NCBI GenBank assembly: GCA_030248215.1
Contig: JASANG010000440.1
Span: 186,001 to 250,000 of the forward strand
Origin: Enoplolaimus lenunculus
Taxonomy: Eukaryota
DNA length: 64,000 nucleotides
Direction: 5' to 3'
Shown: positions 24,001 to 34,700 of the stretch, piece after piece
How the letters are laid out: each line of letters begins with the position of its first letter
Position numbering within the stretch: position 1 is the first letter of the stretch
Notes under the pieces: model-generated
Told to the model about the DNA's origin: nothing
Databases searched by the model: none
Seen by the model: only the letters and a program-made list of their open reading frames with translations
Position numbers and translations under genes: made by a program

Positions 24001-26730
24001 ATTGGTTTTTTTAATATTAGCGACAATTTTGGAATATGGAGTATGACGTAATAACACTGTTTAATTAAACCTTATTGGCCTAAAAATATTTTGTTTTTAA
24101 AATAATAATTAATACCTTTTAAGTCTTCAATTTATCTAAAACATTTGAACAGAGTAGTTACCTTCTATGGTACCATGGTCAACATCATTATCCAAAGCAA
24201 CAGTTATCGGCGTCTGAGTTCGTGTTTGACTTTTTAATATTATTTTGCTGTCCCAATACAGTAGTCGACGGCACGTTCTTTCATTTTCTTTTCCTGGCTA
24301 TGAATTTGGCATTCGGCCGGGTATTCGCAAAATCATCTGCAGAACGCGCCATAATAACTACGTTAAGATCGTACTTTAGATCTCGTGATTTCTTTTGCCA
24401 TGAAGAATCATGATATAATCGGACGTAGTTATTTCAAATGTTGTTATTTACGATAGAGTTATATTTTAGGATATGCTTGCGCTTCAAGTGATGAAATTGT
24501 TTCAAAATATTTTCGATCATGTCGGCCTCGATGTTTACTTGGTTCCTTACAGTGTTGTGGCGACTGCGCCAGGTTGCGGAGTCATTGAATGTGTACCCGA
24601 TTCGAAAACACGAGATCAACTTGGACGTCAAACTGATTTTGGTACAAGATATGAGGGCAATTTTGATCGCACCCCCCGCAGTGTAAAAGTCCTCTTTCCG
24701 TTCAACTGACTCGTTATAGCAGAGACCATAATAGTGTAAGCGTATTCCTAAGCCTAAGTCTTAAGCCTATGACTAAGCCTAAGCCTAAACAAATCGTTTC
24801 GATTGAGGGGATTACAAAACCACCGACATGAGCATCTGAGGTGTGTAATGGGAGTTGTAAGGCAAGAGCTACAAGCAGTTGAAGGGACATAAAGGTTGCT
24901 GCAAAAGCGTCTCCATATTGATAGAGCCGTCGCCAGGTTGTGACGGACAATATATGTAGGAAGTAAAAAGGTTTGTTGGAAAAGTTGCTGCGAAATGCGT
25001 ATAGCGCCATCCTAAAGGTATATTACAAGTTTATACGGGCGATTACGAGGCTTTACAATAGTTTGTCCAATAAGCGAGAGGTTAGCTAAGTAATGTAAAG
25101 GTTAATGCAGAAATATTAGAGGGGGCAGGAGAAATTCCCCCCAGTGAAATTCTTACTAATCCTATCGGTCATGATTTATGAATTCCTGATCGAGGAAAGT
25201 AAAAATGACAATGTATGAATAAAACAGTCAAGTTGATGTCCTGAAAAACAGATTATTGTGTAATGTGCATACGTTAAGCTTTAATATTTTTTGACAGGAT
25301 TGTATGAATACTTTTTAACGAAATATGGGGACGAGACCACTGCACGATTTCAAGAAGCCCGTCGTAATTTTATTAAATCGATGGCTGCGTATTCGGTGTT
25401 TACGTTTATGATCCAAATTAAAGACCGCCATAATGGCAATATAATGCTCGACTCTGAAGGTCACATTATTCATATTGGTGAGTTTATTTAGGACAGCATT
25501 GAAGTTGAAATTTTAAAAATATTTAGCAAAAATGCATATTTTTTGGTAAAACTGTTTTAGTATAAATCAGGTTTGCTATCGCATTTTTTTGTTTTTTGTG
25601 ATGCCAAAGTTTGTTGATTAAAATATTATTGGTTTTTCTTTAAAATCATTGCATTTGCTGCTGTAGATTTTGGATTTTTGTTCGAAAGTAGTCCTGGTGG
25701 CAATCTCGGATTCGAACCGGATTTTAAGTTGACCGAAGAAATGGTTGCGATTATGGGCGGAAAAATGGACGCTCCACCGTTTAAATGGTTTATGGAGTTG
25801 TGTGTTCAGTCGTATTTGGCAATCAGGTCAGTTTTGTTGTTGTTTTGTGTTTGGGTTATTGAATTTTTGATATTGAAGTGTTTTTAGTGCGTCAGAGTTA
25901 CGTTTTGGACAGATAACATCCCGTTAAATTTTATGTTTAAAGCTATTTTGAAAATGCAAGATTTTCACTCACGGGTAGAATTTATGTGCGCAATAACGGC
26001 GATTTAACCGCTAGCAGTTCAAAGTTCAAAGCGCGTTTGTGAGCGATTGCGTACAAAAAATGGACAAATGCGATCAGAGGCGAGGTTTGGAACGCGATCG
26101 CGATTGCACTTAATTTTATCCGTGACTGTTGTTCCTATGATAATTCTACAGTATCATTAATTTAGTTAATTTTAAAAACGACTATAATGTAATTTATTGT
26201 CTCGGTGATAGTAGGATGTGTTTTGAACGTTTAGAATATTTCGTTTATGATTTTACATTGACGCAAGGTCATTTTAAAAAACGACAGCTGGTTGTAATTC
26301 TGTATTGACCCGATATCATTTTGAAAACTGTTGCGAGCTGCGAACAAAGAAATCATATCAAAAGAAACTAAAACAGCAAACTCAGACGGCGATAACTTTT
26401 AATTTGGACAGTTATGTTGATTATGATACCTGCAGAAAGAAACAATTAAGCTAGAATGATTTAGACGAACTTGCAGCCTTATATGGTTAAAGTTTTGTTT
26501 GCAGGCCGTATCGTGAAGCATTTGTGTCGCTTGTATCCCTAATGCTCGATACAGGATTGCCGTGTTTTCGTGGCCGGACCATACAGCAACTGCGTGCGCG
26601 CTTTAGCCCCAACGCGTCGGAAAAAGAAGCCGCTCAGTATATGGTTCATATTGTTCGTAGTTGCTTTTTGAATCTCCGTTCGAAAATGTACGATCATATT
26701 CAATATATACAGAATCAAATTCCTTACTGA
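1..26730 (+). CDS. PI4KA: Phosphatidylinositol 4-kinase III alpha (PI4KA/Stt4 ortholog), 5'-truncated by the window edge, 36 core exons
   Basis: Exons joined by hand with consistent phases: <1-149, 513-613, 781-936, 1561-1844, 2689-2872, 3184-3287, 8587-8749, 9308-9467, 9751-9881, 10551-10747, 11524-11629, 11889-11989, 12996-13126, 13410-13546, 13903-14181, 14879-14981, 15440-15502, 15721-15848, 16768-16929, 17364-17508(or 17523), 17843-18017, 18242-18369, 18769-19071, 19310-19398, 19619-19815, 20429-20561, 21000-21182, 21463-21579, 21883-22077, 22413-22495, 23190-23325, 23734-23904, 24470-24641, 25298-25477, 25667-25826, 26505-26730 (TGA). The translation contains PI4KA hallmarks [95 protein letters not shown] and C-terminal QNQIPY. 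Confidence 0.96.
4526..4945 (+). CDS. Candidate optional (cassette or alternative first) exon of PI4KA, 140 codons, Ser/Ala/Gly-rich
   Basis: TATAG acceptor ends at 4525; AAG|GTTTGA donor starts at 4946. Length 420 nt, phase 2 at both ends, matching the phase-2 intron 3288-8586. Stop-free and GC-richer than the flanking intron. Confidence 0.55.
5075..5690. repeat. CCGGGTCCGG-motif-rich interspersed repeat (probable MITE remnant with nested fragments)
   Basis: Repeated CCGGGTCCGG/CGGGTCCG motifs at 5083-5220 and 5550-5690, including a short tandem duplication. Confidence 0.6.
5914..5982 (+). repeat. (GTTT)n microsatellite
   Basis: Direct reading. Confidence 0.95.
12068..12499. mobile_element. 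CAAGAG-ended MITE (7-bp TSD) whose left TIR is amplified into a 16-bp tandem array (12068-12268)
   Basis: About 12 copies of AAGAGTGGATAATGAC; right end ATTATCCACTCTTG; TTTATAC on both sides; the right part recurs at about 50120-50193. Confidence 0.78.
13699..13754 (+). repeat. (TAT)n imperfect microsatellite
   Basis: Direct reading. Confidence 0.85.
14425..14631. mobile_element. PIF/Harbinger-like MITE (TTA/TAA TSD) with GACG/CGTC-rich interior; other copies at 11031-11220, 38115-38338, about 6593-6722 and about 9078-9208
   Basis: TTA|GGGTGGTGCTAT...ATAGCGCCACCC|TTA; TAA TSD at the 11031 copy and TTA at the 38115 copy. Confidence 0.75.
14963..15385 (+). repeat. Near-perfect 211-bp tandem duplication spanning a PI4KA exon end and donor
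   Basis: Copies start at 14963 and 15174; I see two substitutions between them. Confidence 0.93.
16213..16475. mobile_element. TTAA-target (piggyBac-type) MITE with a tRNA-like internal module, in a PI4KA intron
   Basis: TTAA|CACTTTCTCACAT...ATGTGAGAAGGGG; closely similar to 30919-31181 and 59704-59962; right TSD degenerate. Confidence 0.8.
21580..21740 (+). repeat. (GTTT/GCTT)n microsatellite starting at a PI4KA splice donor
   Basis: Direct reading; the exon ends ...CAAAAG|GTTTGTTTG. Confidence 0.95.
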
Positions 26731-26981
26731 GGTGCCGTCATTCTGGTAGTGACCCTTACAATATTAATATGGATGAGATAGCATCAAGGTACGTGGGTGG
26801 CATGGCTGTTTAGTTTAACACGGTTTAGCTATGCCGATTACGGTTAATGCTACAATACGTACAGATCTTGTTGGATCAAGGTTCATGCTAGGGATTGGGT
26901 GAGAGTTTTAGATAGAAAATGGAATACTGAGTTCGCTCCTCAAGGCTTTAATGTTATTTAAGTGTTTTAGTATAGAAGTGA

Positions 26982-26987
26982 AATAAA
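26982..26987 (+). promoter_or_regulatory. Candidate polyadenylation signal of PI4KA
   Basis: AATAAA about 250 nt downstream of the TGA at 26730. Confidence 0.4.
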
Positions 26988-27885
26988 ATCGAATTTAATT
27001 TCGCTGTCTGAAGGTTATTACTGCCCTTCTTCGGTGTACGTGGTACAATTTTGCACTACATATGTTAAGCTTAAGATATTGTTCTCAGTAATTTTACGCA
27101 GTACTGTAGTGACCCGAATAAGAGGGGTCCCCATTTTGAGTCCTAATCAATATGAGTCCGTATCCCTAGTAATAGTCGGTAAGCGGATAGAGTCAATAAA
27201 CAGGTACGTTTTCGAGCACATAATGTACAATAATTTTGGATGATTTAAAATATGCCACGCTATATTCTGATGTTGAGGTTTTTGTGCCAAAAGGTTGCTA
27301 ACTTGTGGAAAAAACGGTATTTTCCGAGGGGTGGAAAACGAAAAAAAACAGAAAAATCTTTTTATTGTAATTATAGATGGGCACCGGGTATCTGAATATC
27401 CGGATATGTATCCGAAAAGAAACGTGTATCGGATGTATCCGGATATGCGAAATATTATTGTGTAAAATATTGATTTGCATTGTTTCACCATTAAAGTAGC
27501 TGGAGCTGACGAACCGAAATTCTGTAGTCAAACCTGGGTTAAAATATTGAACCGCATTCCTGCATAATTCCATGAAGAATTAAAATTTCGATTTCTTAAA
27601 ACATGCCAAAATTAAAAACCTTCAGTAGTTTAGCTTGATATTATTTATCGGAGTAATGGATTCATGTTTTTAAATTATCTCAAAATTAGCCCAGTGAAAT
27701 GTTTGCATCGAATACGCACCGTCAAGTACTAAATATTTTACTTCTGCAAGAAACAAAATCTACTCTTATCCATATTCCAAGTTGAGCTCATAACTTTTGA
27801 ATTAAAAACCATCACGCTGAGCGACTCTCTTCTCATACACCAAAAGTACTTTATCAACGATTCTAACTGTCTGAATATTTAACAG

Positions 27886-27964
27886 CTTAGTGTGGGGTTG
27901 GGGAGCGACAACCCCATCCTGTTTAGTGTGTGGTTGGGGGAGACAACTCAATCCTGTTTAGTGT
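27886..27964 (+). repeat. Short duplicated GC-rich hairpin plus TTAG, resembling a Helitron 3' terminus
   Basis: TGGGGTTG-GGGAGCGA-CAACCCCA hairpin followed by TCCTGTTTAG|T, then a degenerate second copy. Confidence 0.4.
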
Positions 27965-29692
27965 TGTTTCAAAATGCAGAAGGTTCAAGGAAGCCGCAAC
28001 CTACCCCTGAAGAAAAAAAGACAAAAATGATTCAAAAATGGTTGTACGTGCACTAAACCAGTCATTAAACGTAAAAAAATGACGCAATTCAACTCACGCG
28101 TCGCTTTTACACAGTATTATACATGAAAAAATATAATTTCTCAACTCTTAACAATAGGTATGTGAGAAGTTCGTGATTTTGCCTTAAGCCTGTATCCTGT
28201 ATCGCCTGTTATGTTCTTTCCTCGATGTATGCTTATCGCTCTGATTTAGTAAACGCGGCCGGTAAATGTTTATTATAAATCCCAACCCGAAACCCGTATG
28301 ACACCAAATATTTAATATTAACACCAGCAAATTACAGGTTATGCAATTTAACTGGCAACCCGAGCCGGAATCCTTAAAGCCGACGCCTGAATCTGGTTTA
28401 ATCCAGCCACTGGCTTTACCGTACCCAATACTTTTGCCGTTTTCCAGAATCCGTGCAATCCTAACCCCGTTAGAATTACTCCCCGTAAAACCGTGTACTC
28501 TAACCCCGTTAGAGTTACACCAAATTTCCGACCAATCTAACCCCGTTAGATTTGGCCAAGCCGTTGTAGAATAATAAATCTAACCCCGTTAGATTTATTA
28601 GACTACGTTTTCCCAGGTTTCCTTTAATACCCCAAGTTCCTTTAACACATGACACCAGTATCCGATACTGGGTAAATTCTGCGCCTTGCGCAATGCCGAT
28701 TAAATCCGTAACGCCGTAATTCCTTCACATACTGCACGCCTCCGTGACTATTCTTAACTTAAATCCGTTAAATCCTACTTACCCAAGTCTCGCTCACGAT
28801 CCAACCGTAAAACTTAATGCAACCGTAACCAGTAAGAATATGTGTAGAGCACCAAAAATAAAACGCAACCGTTCAGTACCAGCTCAAGATTAAGAATGAT
28901 TCCGGTCCTGGCTACCCATTTCGGCATCTCGACCTCATTTGCATTTTTGCCGACACCCACAATTGGGTGTCCGCAATGCGGTTGAGGTCCAGAGCCACAC
29001 ATCCGGTACACTTCCGCAACAACAACAACAATACTAGACACTCATATCACAAAGCACCATATTGGTGCTGACATAGCCTAGCTATGTCGTTAGTAGCAGA
29101 TTAGGCCAAAACGATATGCACCATTAATCAACGACGTTCTATGGCCACGCAGGGCCCAGGTAAGTTCAACATTGCGGACACAGCCGCCATAGCATAGATT
29201 TACCCATTTTTACGCCTTGTAGCAACGCCTAAGCCTAACTTAAGTTCTAAGAGAGACTAGATGGAGCCAGGGACTCCCTTAAGGTGTGGTTTTGATATAG
29301 GGTTTTATTTTATAGTTTTAGTTTTTAGTTTGAAATAGGTTTAAGTGTGGCATAGCCACCTACAAGGTACATTTTCGGTTCCGCAGTACTCCATAAAATC
29401 ACAAAAAGTGGAAGTATATATTCAAGTCCTCAAAAATTAAAATTTAATTGAAATTATCATGGGAGTTTATTAGCCGCCAAATCATCATTATGTGCTTATA
29501 GTAAGGCTAGAGCGGGTCATGAAGATTTGGACCAGTATTACTTTAACAATGTAACAACCAAAGCATTTTTCTTAAGTTTAAGCTTCCTCAGCGTAATAAA
29601 CACAACTCTAAAACAAATATTAGTCTAAGCCCATTCAAAAAATTTTGTCTTAAATTAACCTTGTCTATTTCGGTCTAGTGAGAAGGGGTGGC

Positions 29693-29966
29693 CACTAGCG
29701 GATCCAGAGGGGCGCGATCGGGCGTATGCCCCTCGCCAGAATTACTTTTGTAATATAAATGGTACGGTCCCTACTTTACAATTTTTCTCTTAGGAAATTT
29801 TTTTGTGATAAAATGAAAAGGTTCCTTCTACGTTACAATTTTCTCCCTCAGAATGTTTTTCTGTAAAATAATTATATAATCTCTACATCACAATTTTTCC
29901 CCTCAGAATGCGTTTCAATACATTTACAAGCCGGACTCCCATCAGAAATTTGTGAATCCGCCGCTG
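29693..29966. mobile_element. CAGTGGCGGATCC-type MITE (hAT-like termini); relatives at 3350-3472 and 36947-37115
   Basis: Inverted ends CACTAGCGGATCC / GAATCCGCCGCTG with internal degenerate repeats of about 50 bp. Confidence 0.55.
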
Positions 29967-30527
29967 AATGCGTGTCACCCCAAAAATTAATGGGCTGATG
30001 CGTTTATGCGATTTAGCGTATGTATATTTCAATGTGATTTTCTTCTTGGAACGTAAAACGACTCATGGATGGATATATAGTTCGAGAAAAAAGTGACATT
30101 ATATATAATCTGAGACAAACAAAATCAGCTCAATTTCAGGCGGCCAACGCAAGGATTTATTAGCGAGATGCAATCTTCTAAACCGAAACCCAAAAAACGC
30201 CAAATCGAGTTTCGGATATCCAAAGTAGAAAATATAATTCCGGATATCTGGATGTCGGATAAATATCCGGCAAGAATTGCTGACTATCCGGATATGAAAA
30301 TATAACCGATGCCCATCACTATTTATTATAGGTATATTATTTATTTTATTGATAAAGATTTGTATAAGTTGTTTCGAAAAAATACAACTTGTTTTCATAC
30401 TTTTATATTCAGAGCGTTCGTTTATTTGGCAATTAAGCGATCTTGAACCAATATCAAACTGTAATTCTACCAAGCCGAGTGTCGAGCGTAAGCGCAAAAA
30501 AGCGTGCCATGTATATATAGATTACAC

Positions 30528-30673
30528 GGACATGTGTAACGATCAGTTGCGGAACGTTATTCTGCAGGACTAGAATAGATTAAGCTTAAGCTTTAGACTA
30601 TTTTTTGCTTGGCTTAGGCTAAGGCTTAGGAATATGCTTATAATACTGTGCTGCCCTGTTCTTTACTTTGGCC
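30528..30673. mobile_element. Degenerate telomere-repeat-bearing MITE
   Basis: Family internal motif AAGCTTAAGCTTTAGACTA plus TTAGGC; TSD GATTACAC/GATTGCTC (6/8). Confidence 0.6.
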
Positions 30674-30918
30674 GATTGCTCAGTAAATCTGCACGTATGC
30701 ACATTATTGGCATTCCTACTGTCATAAATAACTGTCAGTATCATGAAGTGATTGGAAATAGCTTTTCTGGGCTCTCACAATTTAACAAACGAGTAATTTC
30801 GATTTGATTCGTTCGGCACCTAACGTTATTAATAGTACAACACGTATTCTTATGAATCGTAATTTCGGCCCATAACATCAACGCGAAACGTTTTTCTGCG
30901 GAACTGTAATACAGTTAA

Positions 30919-31181
30919 CCCTTTCTCACATGAATATTTTCTATTGCCCCTGAGACCTACTTTTATGCTAGGATTCGAACTCCAGTGACTGGAGCGGGAG
31001 GCGTATACCATCACCACTCAACTATAGGAGCTTGACGCTCGAGCCCGAGGCGGCTCTCACGTCTTGTGGTGATTTCGTACTATGTATACGCGTTGCAATC
31101 GTTAAACACGGTGCGATATATACTGTTTAACGTATATACACAGCGCTGAGTTGCCTCTAGGCAACTCAATGTGAGAAGGGG
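30919..31181. mobile_element. TTAA-target (piggyBac-type) MITE nested in a degenerate telomere-family MITE (about 30867-31258)
   Basis: TTAA|CCCTTTCTCACAT...ATGTGAGAAGGGG|TTAA. Confidence 0.88.
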
Positions 31182-31310
31182 TTAAAGTTAAAGCTTTAGA
31201 TTAAGTTGCTTAAGAATATACTTATACTATTGTTGCGACCCTGTTAAGTACATTGGCCCAATGAACGTTGCGTTTCATTTCTTTCCAATATACGTAGTCA
31301 CTCAAATCAC

Positions 31311-31486
31311 GGCCCATGTATAGAACAGGGCCGGAACATTTCCCTGCGGGACTGTAAAAGAGTTAAGCTTTATACTAACTTTTTTGCTTAGGCTTATGCT
31401 TAGGAATAGGTTCATCCTTACGCTTAGGCGTAGCCTTAAGAATATAGGCTTATACTACTGTTTCGGTCCTGTTCTACACATGAGCC
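31311..31486. mobile_element. Telomere-repeat-bearing MITE
   Basis: GGCCCATGTATAGAACAGGGCCG...CGGTCCTGTTCTACACATGAGCC, perfect TSD CAAATCAC. Confidence 0.85.
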
Positions 31487-31742
31487 CAAATCACGAACTG
31501 TATTCTGTTCCACCCGTACAAAGCTATGTGCAACCCATTTACGGCGACCTAAACCTCCCGCGTATTGTCAACAATGCCGATCTTTGAACTCAACCCTGTG
31601 TTTCTTAGATCCGTATTTATCCATTGGTTCACAGTCCTTCACTTATGAGTCTCTACCCCTATCCTTGATATATTCATTTGTTCCTTCCCCTGACGAATTC
31701 GCTCGTCCCGTCCCCTGCTACCACTGACATATTTGCTCGCCC

Positions 31743-34700
31743 CTATCCCTCACTACCAAACGTTTTGGTCAACATCGCCAACGGCCCGACATTCGCCGCC
31801 GAAATCAACGTCGAATGGCGGCGGCCGCCGTCTTCTTCCGGCCTTAATCCGCCTTCTGAACGGCGGTTTGCATAACTGACTAAAGTGGTTTGAAACATCA
31901 TCATCGACGCTTGATTTTGAGCTAAAAATCGCCGCAACGATACCACTTCTTCTGAGCTCCGCCTAGAACCACCGCTAATTGATAGGTCATCTGTTGAGCT
32001 AAGAGCGTGACGACGTGAAAGCCCAAGACCCGAATAGATTGGCTTTTGTCGCCGGAAAATCCGGTTCGATGTCCGGTACCGGACTGCGGCCACACGGCAG
32101 CATCGACAGTTGCACGATCGGATCAGGCTGTTGATTGCGTGTCGGAATATAACGGAGGTGATATTGAATAAACTGTACACGGTACAGCATCCGAGGGCCG
32201 TGAGAATGAAATTTGCAACACGGTAGAGTATGTCTACGCCTGATCGGATGGGAGTTTGCCCTGCGATGAGATCGCCGAAGCCTGAAACGTAATACGTTCA
32301 GGAGGTATTTCAGGTCGGTATCCTGAGGGTACCCAAGAAAACATTTGCCCCCGCCCCGTAAGAGTTCCAACAACACCTGTAAGTTATCGCGGAAACCCGT
32401 GTATGCTCCTTTTTAAACTTTTAGATCTCCTAGCAAGGTTAGTTAGCTACGGACCTGCGGTATTCGTTTTTGCCCGAAACGCTTGTTGAGTGAAACCTTT
32501 TTCCATATTTAATCTTGGCCATAAAGCAGGGTGCAACCGGAGGTGAAAAATACCGGAGCAAGAGGTTAACAAAACAGGCCGGAGTCGGAAATGAAGCCGA
32601 ATGTGAGGCGAAATTAGTTAGTAAAAATGATGTTTAATTTGTTAACTTTAGCAATTTATCTGTAATGTGTTGTTAAATGATTTGGTTTTACGCTGATATT
32701 TTTGTACAAAATCTCGGCAATTTTTACTTCAAAATTGTTCGAAACGTTAAACGAAACGCGCCAGACAAATAAATTTTGTAAAACAAATGCAAAATTTCAC
32801 TCCTGAAATTGCCTGAACCTCCGGTCGAAATGCTACCGGAGCCGAAACCAGCGGTTGTTAGCGATCTTTTTCCATGTTTGAACTTACGCAATCTCACAGT
32901 TTGTTCGTAGTAGTCAAAAAGCCCGTTTTATACAACAATTCGCTCGTTGTTGCGAAACGTAAGGCAGTGAGCGAAATCTGTTTCGAGTATAGGATATATG
33001 GCCCATGTTGCTTTATAATGGGCGTCCAAGTTTCCGGTGGGTCCATAAAAGAGTAGGTTTAGATTCTAGATTATATTTTTGCTTCGGCTTAGGCTTAGGC
33101 TTAGTCTTAGGAACATTTTTTGCAACGCTTAGGCTTAGGCTTAGGAATACGCTTTTGGAACGCTTAGCTTAGGCTTAGGAATACGCTTAATCTACTGTTA
33201 CGCCCCTTAAAGTAACATTGGCCGGATATATAACCGAGGCCAAAATTGATAAAGGCCTAATTCGGAGTTCAGATTTCTGAGTGGAACGACTCATTCTGGG
33301 TTAGAATCAACTCACTGGAATTTACTGTGAGCCATGATATTTTAAGTATTTTTGACACGATTCCTAAATTGAACTTACCGATGGTTGCGAACGACACAAA
33401 ACAATAGTAAATCGCATCAACAACACTCCAACCTTCATAACTACAATACAACATTGATGATATTGCGATCAGTAGTGCAGTAAGCGTTAACAAACAAGCA
33501 AATACGGCATATACAGACGGTCGCCATGTATCTAAAGTGTCACTTTCATCATCAGCAACATTCGAATTATTATTACTATTATTATTACTATTATTATTAC
33601 TATTATTATTACTATTATTATTCATATCGGCAAACGTATCCGGTTCTGACTTGAAACGATTGACGCAGTCTGTCGCGCTGACTCTTGACGGTATGTGAAC
33701 AGGGGCCGGAGGCGAGCCGGTATGATTCGGCCCGAATAGCAGGCCTTCGCCAAGTGAATGTCGATCGCTCGCAATACTGTTGCGGCTATCGCAAGTAGCT
33801 GGTTGAGCATCTGGGCAAGACTCGCCGCTAGTAATGGTAATTTGAGGCACCAGTTGTGAACATCGTCTCGACGGTCGTTGAAGTGTATTTTGATTGGTCT
33901 CAGGGATGCCCTTATGTTGTACTGGTTGAGTTATAACTCGGCACTCATTGGCGCTTCTGGACCGAGGCCAGATTAAACTGGGCAGCCGACGTTTCCAGCG
34001 GAGCAAAAAGCGTAAAAAGTGTGCGAATACAGTAACGATGCGTTCGAGAAATAAATTGAAGAATAATATTACACCGGCACATCCGAAAAACCCGTAAATC
34101 ACTACCGCTAGTTTGCCTGCGTCACTGAGCGGAACAGGATTCCCGTAGCCTGAAACAAAATGGATTTAAGCTTTTAGGTGGGACATCGAAACTCACACGT
34201 CATGGATTCATAGGAAAATCTAATAAGTAACTGCTGCATTGTACTGAAAACTAAACTATATTTCATTTCTGGGCCCATGTAAAGATCAGGGGTGAAATAA
34301 TTTTATTGTGAGACTGCAATAGAGTAAGCTTAAGCTTTATACTGATTTTTTGCTTGGCTAACGTTTAAAAATATATATGGTCATTCTTATACGCTTAGGC
34401 TTAGGCTTTGGCTTAGGCTTAGGCTTAGACTTAGGAATACGCTTATAATAGTGGTCCGCCTTTGTTCTTTGCATTAGCCCATTTCTGCGTAGCCCCAGAC
34501 TGGTACGGAATCGAAATAGTTTGATGTCCTATTTTCATTAAAATCATAGGACACAGAATGGCTGATATTTGAGCGTTGATGTAACCTTCGCATCCATTTT
34601 GATTTTCTATACAAAACGAACTAAAATTATGTGCATCTTCGATCGTTGACAATTTGGTTTGGTCGACGCTATAGTTCTCGTGCGGTGACGTTCGGCACCG

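Noticed and set aside
28455..28600. CRISPR-like look (palindromic repeats with unique spacers)
   Set aside because: Repeats are only 14 bp, there are four copies, no cas genes, and the context is eukaryotic; kept only as a hairpin array.
31999..32376. 125-aa minus-strand ORF as a separate gene
   Set aside because: An alternative frame overlapping the last K2P exon, which begins at 32281 in the GFGDL frame.
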